Below, in pieces: positions 56,801 through 64,000 of a stretch of DNA of 64,000 bases. The stretch covers positions 11,160,001 to 11,224,000 of the forward strand of contig JBHGNT010000006.1 of NCBI GenBank assembly GCA_043228905.1, read 5' to 3'. Both the position numbers and the translations under genes were made by a program. Each line of letters begins with the position of its first letter. Position 1 is the first letter of the stretch. This DNA is from Azolla caroliniana (Eukaryota > Plantae > Polypodiophyta). The notes under the pieces are model-generated. The model searched no databases. It worked only from the letters and a program-made list of their open reading frames with translations, and was not told the DNA's origin.

Positions 56801-57134
56801 GAGAGCAGAACACTATTTCAAAATTATATCGAGACTCTATCTACACATTGTGCTAAGTAGCACTATTTATACAAGTTCTCCTGGGACTGACAGAAGTACC
56901 ATGTACTTCAATGCTCACACGAGCATCTAACACTTACTACGAGACTATAGCTACCTAGTAGTCTATCCTAGACTAGGCTTCGGATTGGACTTCCGGTTAC
57001 GGATTGCACCCGGCCTCCACTGCTTGCCGGTTCGGTTGCTCACCGTCATACCGATCCGTTTCGCCCGATCCGTGTCGCTTACCGGCTCCAGCTTATTCAG
57101 CCGATCCGGCTCCAGTTGAGCTTGCCGCTCAACA
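55272..57134 (-). mobile_element. Copia H, 5' part only, reverse orientation
   Basis: LTR 56713-57134 (type 2), PBS TGGTATCAGAGC at 56701-56712, gag and WYVDSGASNHM on minus strand; truncated after GRML. Confidence 0.92.
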
Positions 57135-59201
57135 CAATTCGATGGAAGGAACGTTACGAAGTTCCTTGATGCATATAGAAGGGAGATGAATCAGAGGGAC
57201 ATGTCCGAGGCACGTCAAATCGCAAGCTTCAAGAGAGTTGTCGCCAACAACATTCAAAGACGTGTCATCGAGCTTCAAGAAGGTAAGACAACATGGTCCG
57301 AGTTCGAGAAAACGATACTAGCGGAGTTCGTGACCGAAGACTCAACGAGGATGACTCGACATGCCCTGATGAAGTGGATAGAGAAGAAGAATAAGAAGAT
57401 GAGCGTCTCGAGGGTGTACGACGAATTCGACCAGATGTTTCATCGTCTCCCTAATACGGACCAAGTGTTGCTTGAAGAGGACAAGACTTTGTACTTCTTG
57501 AAGGCCGTGGAAATAAAGGATAGACGAGAGTTGGGGACTCTTCTCGAAGATGATACCCAAGCAAATGGGCTCGTAGTGGACTGGATCGCGGTGAAGTGGG
57601 CATGCAATAGGCTCGACAAGCGTCGCCAATGGGTTGATGACACCGACTTGACGGGATCGACTACCACGGAGAAAGCAAGACCGCCGAAAGTAGCTGAGCC
57701 GCCAAGACAAAGTAACGTGGAAGAAAAGAAGATTGATGATGACATCATTGAAGAGCTAGCGAAGAAGTTTGAGAAGGTCACGCTAGCCAACATGAATCGT
57801 TGGGGCCCTAAAGGAAAAGAACCCTTTAGATGTGTGTGGTGCGATAGCATGGACCACATGAGAAGGGATTGTGCGAGCCTTCGAGAGGCGATTCGACAAA
57901 ATATTGTATACATAGAGGACAACATGATCCGCTCAAGCGAGACTAGAAAACCCCTACGGGTGAATTTCGGAAGAGGAGGAATGAAGAAATCTATGGAGGA
58001 TGCCGATGCGACTCATGTGAATGTGATGCACTATGCTGCGTCGGCCGGAATAAGAGTCGGGAAAAACAAGACTGAAGCTGCTAGAGCGAGAGCAAAGTTT
58101 TGGACTTCCGTTCTCGAATATGAGAAGAAGGGAAAAGTCACATCGAACGAGGTAGAGCTTGCAGACCGAAGCGTGCAAAGCATAACCAGGTAGACGGATC
58201 CGGTGGACGACAACACCATACTCGCAGAGGTGATGTGCGACAACCACGAGGTGTTCGTCGAAGAAAAGAGAAAGAGAATAGAAGAGCAAGGCCCATCAAA
58301 AAGACATGAAACAAGGAACGCGAAAAAGAAGGACGATGCGGAGACGAGTCGACCGTTACAAACGAAGGAACGAGAATCAAGCCGAAAAGGGGAGCCAAGC
58401 ATACGAGTTGAAGAAACGGTTCGGCCCGTCAAGGTTGGTGTCGAAGACCCTGCTCGGAGGACAAGGACTATATCTACCTATAAGCTAAGGTCGGACATAG
58501 AGCGGACGACGGACCTAAAGAAGATTCTCGAAGAACGAGTTCTTCATAGCCACGTAACTTTGTCCTTGAGGGAATTGCTTGGCATTACGAAGGAGTTCCA
58601 TTACACGATCGTGGACCTTGTAAAGAGAAAGAGACTACAATCGGACGAAGAAGAAGAGAAGCCGCAAAAAGCAAAAATGAATGCCATAACGATGGCAAGA
58701 GACGAAGTCGATGAAGATATGGTGGACAGCCACTATACTCGACCTCATTGGGCACGGGTGACAACGGAGATGCCGGTGAAGATCGGGGAGAAGAAAGAGA
58801 CCATGGTAGCCTTGATCGACCACGGCTCGGAGATCAACCTCATGTCAACCGACTTCTACTAGAAAGGAAGATGGCCAATCAATACAAACCATAGATGCAA
58901 GATTCACGCTGCAACAAAGTCTACGAAGGACTTGTACGGAGCTTGTCCCAATGTCAAAGTCACGATCGGGGATATGAAGATGGATCAACACTTCTTCGTG
59001 AAAGAATCGGCGTCGCATCTTGTCATCCTAGGACAACCGTATATCACATCATCTCGGATGGAGACCAAAGTGTTCGATAATGGAGCAGCCTTCGCACAAA
59101 TAAAGAGTCTTGACAACCAAAGATCGGTCCAATTCCTAACGGTGCGAGCCAATCATGAAAGGAATCGAGATAGTCTCGGAGGAGAATCCTCGGATTTTTA
59201 G
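57135..59201 (+). pseudogene. gag-protease of J2
   Basis: CVWCDSMDHMRRDC, YKLRSDIE, ALIDHGSEINLM, VILGQPY, ends DF*. Confidence 0.88.
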
Positions 59202-62200
59202 AGCAAACTATTGAAGCATGGGGCACAAATAGTCCGAGCAATCACAAGACCCCACAAGAAAGAAGAGTGTGTGGATTGTGAGGAGAAGCAACATGTGTCA
59301 CACCTAGTGGTGCATGTAGACTAGTACTACCCGACAAGAAGCACAAGCGTCAGATACAAGAATTCAAGAAGATGCTGAAAGAAAAAAACATAACAGAAGA
59401 AGGAGAGTTCGTGACTCATATTATGGACGAAGCCTCATTTAACGACACCATCGACGAAATCGAGGAAGTCGTGGACTTGAGCTATCTTCACGATCATTAC
59501 GTGATTTTGGTTAACTCTGTCAACATGTATGCTATCATCGATGAATACCATCGTGGCATCTCGATGAAGGAAGTTGACATCAACACGAAATATAAAACGG
59601 TGGATAAGAAGATCACGCGAGTTGTGGTTCCGCTACCGGAAGATAGCTGGCAAAAGATGAAGGAAGTCGCTAACGATCCAAGTTTAAGACACGAAGGGGA
59701 AGCTACGAGTTGGAAAGGAGGATTTCCTTCTCCCTGAAGAGGAACGAATGTTTCGTGATATGCTTGAGAGACATGGGAAGGCTTTCACATTCTTCCCACG
59801 AGAAAGGATGTGCCGACCCAAAGGTTATAGAGCTGATGGTGATCTTCACGGTGCCTAATGTGCCTTGGAATTTGAAACCGAGAGCACACCTTCCGAAGCT
59901 GATCGAGCTCTTAAAGGAGAAGGTGAGTATGGGAATTCTAGAACCGTCGAATGCTCCTTATTCCAATAGCTGGTTCACGGTGCCAAAGAAGAATGGATCA
60001 TTGCGATTCATCCAAGATCTTCAACCCGTCAACAAGGAGACAATTTGAAATGCCGGAATTGGTCCGAGCGTGGACGAATTTGCCGAAGCGTTTGGGGGCC
60101 GGTCCATCTACTCCATTAGCAATCTCTACTCCAGATATGACCAATTCCAATTGGTGATCGACAGTCGGGACATTACAACCATGAGGACTCCGATCGGGCT
60201 TGTGTGGATGTGTACCTTACCCCAAGGCGCAACGAACTCGGTGGCTCATATGGTGAATGCCATGAATAAAGTCTTGAAGGATTGCATCCCGGACATCACG
60301 ATGCCATTCTTGGATGATATTCCAATAAAAGGATGTTCGGATGAGGAGAAAGTTGAATCAAAAGATAAGGAAGGTTGTAGAAAGTTTGTTGCAAATCATA
60401 TGAAAGATTGTGAGAAGGTGCTTCAAAGGCTCGAAGATGTGAATTTGACATTTTCGGGAGAAATCCGCATTCGGGCAACCGGAGATCTTGGTGGTAGGTC
60501 ACTTGTGTGGGGCATAAGGCCGGAAGCCTTCGCCATACAAAGTAAACGCGATCCAAGACATGAAAGAAGAATGCAAAAACCAGACAAAGGTTAGAAGGTT
60601 CCTTGGAGCATGCGCATTTTATCATATTTGGATTCCGCACTACGCTCATGTCGCCGAACCATTATATGGACTACTAAAGAAAAGAATGAAGTTCGAATGG
60701 CGAGACAAGCACACAAATGCGATGCGAAGATTGAAGAAACTGCGTCTTGAAGCTCCGGGACTAAGGAAGGCCGACTATGCCGAAGGGAAGCCGATTTACG
60801 TGACCGTAGATACAAGCCCAACCGGAATCGGGTGGGTCATCAATCAAGAAGGAGAAGATAATGCGTGATATGTCGTCCAGTTCGGAGCAAAGATTCTCAG
60901 GGAATGGCAACAAAGATATGCCCAAGTCAAGCGGGAACTTTGGGGTATTGTGTCGGCAGTGAAGACGGACAAAGATTACCTAATCGAGTCGGAAGTGATA
61001 ATAGAGACAGATTATCTCCCAATTCTCGGAATGGTCTCGGGATGTGCGACCCCAGATCTTGCTATGCTAAGATGGATCGCCTACATCAAGTCTTTAAACC
61101 CAGAGATCCGTCACATTGCAGGGAAGAAGAACGCCATGGCTGACATGCTCTTGAGGGCAAGATTTGAAAATGGAAGTGACATGGTTTCAGAAGATGAAGA
61201 TGTCTCCCTCGACTTCTTCAAGATGGCTCAATTATCGGCGGAAGACCAGGACACGCAAATCTTCCACGCCTTCAACGAGAACGAGTACGAAGGAGAGTGG
61301 TTACTAATCGGTAGATTCCTAAGAACATTGACGGCAGATGCTTCGTTGACAAAGGAGGAGGCCCTACGAATCCGGAAGAAAGCTTACCGATACTTTTGGA
61401 AGGGAGGATTCCTTTGGCAACATCCAAAAAGAAGGACAAGAATACCACGTTGAGTGGTGGTGAAGAAAGAAGAGCAAGAGACGCTGATGACCGAATTCCA
61501 CGAGAGTGCTTGGGCAGGTCATAGAGGAACATGGGCGACGTTCGAAAAGTTGAAGGAGAAGTACTGGTGGCCAAGCATGTACAAAGATGTACTCCATTTC
61601 GTGTCCACATGCGAAACTTGCCAAATACATTCAAATATACTTCATCGTGATGAGTTACGGCCGACATCCCCACTCACCATACACTTCAAATGGATGGTGG
61701 ATCTGGTCTCGATGCCAGTGGGAGTGCGACAAATGAAGTACTTAGTGTTGGCAAGGGAAGACTTGACAAATCAAGTGGAAGGACGAGCCTTAACAAATAA
61801 GACGACTTCAACCATTTGTAAATTTCTACTTGAAGAGGTTGTTTGCCGATACGGATGTGTGGGGAAGATAGTGGCCGACCGAGGGGAGTTGGATGTGCAT
61901 GAAGCGACAGAGCTCTTCGAACGACTAGGCGTGAAGCTCTCCCTCACGACTGCCTACAATCCGGAAGCGAATGGGAAGATCGAGCGAGGGCATGGACCTA
62001 TCGTCAAAGCCATCGTACGAGCATGCAACGGTCGAGTCGGGAATTGGCCACAACTATTACCCTATGCCTTGTGGGCCGACAGAACGACACACAGCTCGGT
62101 GACAGGGTATATGCCGACGGAGCTTATGTATGGACAAAAACCAGTAATGCCAATCGAAAGGACGATCGCCTCATGGGTAGCGATACCGTGGGAGAACGAG

Positions 62201-62635
62201 ATGAGCTGAGAAGAGTTATCAGCGGCGCAGATAAGGCAACTTGAAAGAAGACCTGAAGATCTAGAAAAAGCGTGAAAGATGATAGAGGCAGCCCGAGTAA
62301 AGAACAAAGTTCGGTTCGACAACACGCATCGACTTCGTCCCAAGAAGATTGAAGAAGGAGATTGGGTTTTGGTTTACGACAACAGCCTTGACAATCAACA
62401 CAGTACAACAAGAAAGTTCACAAGAAGATGGTTCGGGCCGTATGTGGTGACAATTTCCAACGATAATGCCACATACCACCTTGCGGAGCTAGACGGATCA
62501 AGGTTGGTCGTACCCATTGCGGGAAAAAGAGTAAAGATTTTCAAGAAAAGACAAGACGAGGATCCTGACCTCGATCACCTCGACGATGAACATAATAGGG
62601 CAGATTTAAATGAAGACATGGAGGAATCTGATTGA
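59202..62635 (+). pseudogene. pol (RT-RH-INT) of J2
   Basis: KYKTVDKK, TLPQGATNS, FLDDI, VDTSPTG, H....GH..CETC, MVDL, ADRGE, NGKIER, RWFGPY. Confidence 0.9.
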
Positions 62636-62707
62636 TCACCGTAGCCGAAATCTCACTTTCTCTCTTCTTGCCACGTACCGGAGGACGTGCGGTTTGGTGG
62701 GGGTGGA

Positions 62708-63834
62708 TGTCGTGAAAATTTTCGGCAATGGTATGAAAATCACATAAGACGTACGAAATCAAGTGTCAATCATATAAAACAATAATAGTGAATATACTAA
62801 TTCTAAGTAAGTTTAATATCTTAGTACAAAAGACGAAGATCTTGAAGAGATGCACTTTACTACATAAGAAACGGACATCTAAGTGTCAACTTATGTGGGT
62901 AAGAAGTTGTGAAAGAAAAAGAGAAAATTGTGAGATATCCCACATAGATAGCACGAATAAGGCTCTCACCATATATAAGGAAGACCAAAAGTTATTATCT
63001 TTGTGTCTATGTGTGGAGCATAGAGAGTTCAAGGTAACTTGAACTAAGAGTGGACGTGGCCTAGCCACTTGTAAAGGTTTTGGCCAACCGAAATAGAACT
63101 GGATGGTAACCGGCGATACGATAATCGACGATCCGTGATCCGACGGGCCGGCGAGGCAGTGGCGGAGCCGGTGATCTGGCGACCAAATTAATAAATATAT
63201 ATATATATACAAGGAGGGCAAGTAAGGATTCGAACATTGCACCTCCTAATTAAGAGTTAGTAGTCTTACCACTAAGCCATGACATTTAGTGAAATTTATA
63301 TTTCTATCATTGTACTTTTACATGTAAATTCACATACGTGAGAGCTAAAATGAGTGACATGGTTATCATGCACCACATATAATACATGAGCGCCAAATGG
63401 CAAACATGCATGTTATGCATGTGTCTTGTACCCTCTCATGCATCATATGCATGAGAGCATCTATAAAAGAAGGGATAAAAAATAAGAAGGGTTAGGCTCT
63501 TTTGGTTATGAAATTAATGAGAAGAAAATTCGTGACATGGTTATCATGCACCACATGTAATACATGAGCGCCAAATGGCAAACATGCATGTTATGCATGT
63601 GTCTTGTACCCTCTCATGCATCATATGCATGAGAGCATCTATAAAAGAAGGGATAAAAAATAAGAAAGGTTAGGCTCTTTTGGTTATGAAATTAATAAGA
63701 AGAAAATTCGTTTTCGAATTGATCATGTAATTTGTTTCTTAAATCTAAAGAGAAAGGTTCAATCAATCTCTCTCAATCGAAAGTCAAGCGTTTAATATCA
63801 ATTTCTCTCTTTCCCAATCTATCTTAAATACTTC
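62708..63834 (+). repeat. 3' LTR of J (interrupted), with 178-bp tandem duplication 63354-63709
   Basis: After PPT GGTGGGGGTGGA; homologous to 51830-52854. Confidence 0.9.
63215..63286 (-). ncRNA. tRNA-Lys-like cassette in 3' LTR of J
   Basis: A-box TGGCTTAGTGG, arm CTAA-CTCTTAA-TTAG, B-box TGTTCGAATCC. Confidence 0.62.
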
Positions 63835-64000
63835 TGTTACCGGCCGGCAAAGGAATCCAGAGTGTGAAACGAAGGAGTTATTTAGGAATGGTTGTAAGTG
63901 AGCTATTAGTGTGGACGGACGGACCGGAATCGGTATGCTATTCCGGATCCGGGCCGATCCTGAACAGGTGCGGATGGCACCGTTTTGTACTACAAACCGG
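63835..64000. mobile_element. Start of another insertion, probably an LTR, running off the window
   Basis: Homology to LTR J stops abruptly at TGTTACCGG. Confidence 0.6.

Larger units (their letters stand above)
51830..63834 (+). mobile_element. Ty3/Gypsy J (A clade), composite of two copies J1 and J2
   Basis: 5' LTR 51830-52950 with 12-bp terminal IR TGTCGTGAAGAT; PBS TGGTGAACCCGA 52959-52970; gag present twice; 3' LTR from 62708. Confidence 0.85.

Overview
Eukaryotic, land-plant-type heterochromatic window (the 18S fragment and element lineages suggest a seed-free plant such as a fern; this is inference). It has no supportable host protein-coding gene and consists almost entirely of nested LTR retrotransposons. 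A tRNA-Trp-primed Ty3/Gypsy element (A, 4443-44422, 4-bp TSD ACAG) sits next to a decayed 18S rDNA/ETS fragment and hosts five insertions. These are a chimeric Copia (B), which itself holds an internally inverted chromovirus (C) and a very young intact non-chromovirus Gypsy (D), a self-priming Tf1-type chromovirus (E), and a second Copia (F). Downstream are Copia remnants (G, I, H), an intron-containing hAT remnant, a solo LTR, and a chimeric relative of A (J). Three observations stand out. (1) Element D has no polypurine tract; a tRNA-Arg-like 3' end (hairpin + GCGTGCCA) lies 2 nt before its 3' LTR, i.e. a second, antisense PBS. (2) Both LTR families of the A/J clade carry an antisense 72-nt tRNA-like Pol III cassette at an equivalent position. 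(3) Element C has an array of palindromic hairpins inside a probable 5'-UTR intron. All comparisons were made by eye; no searches were run.
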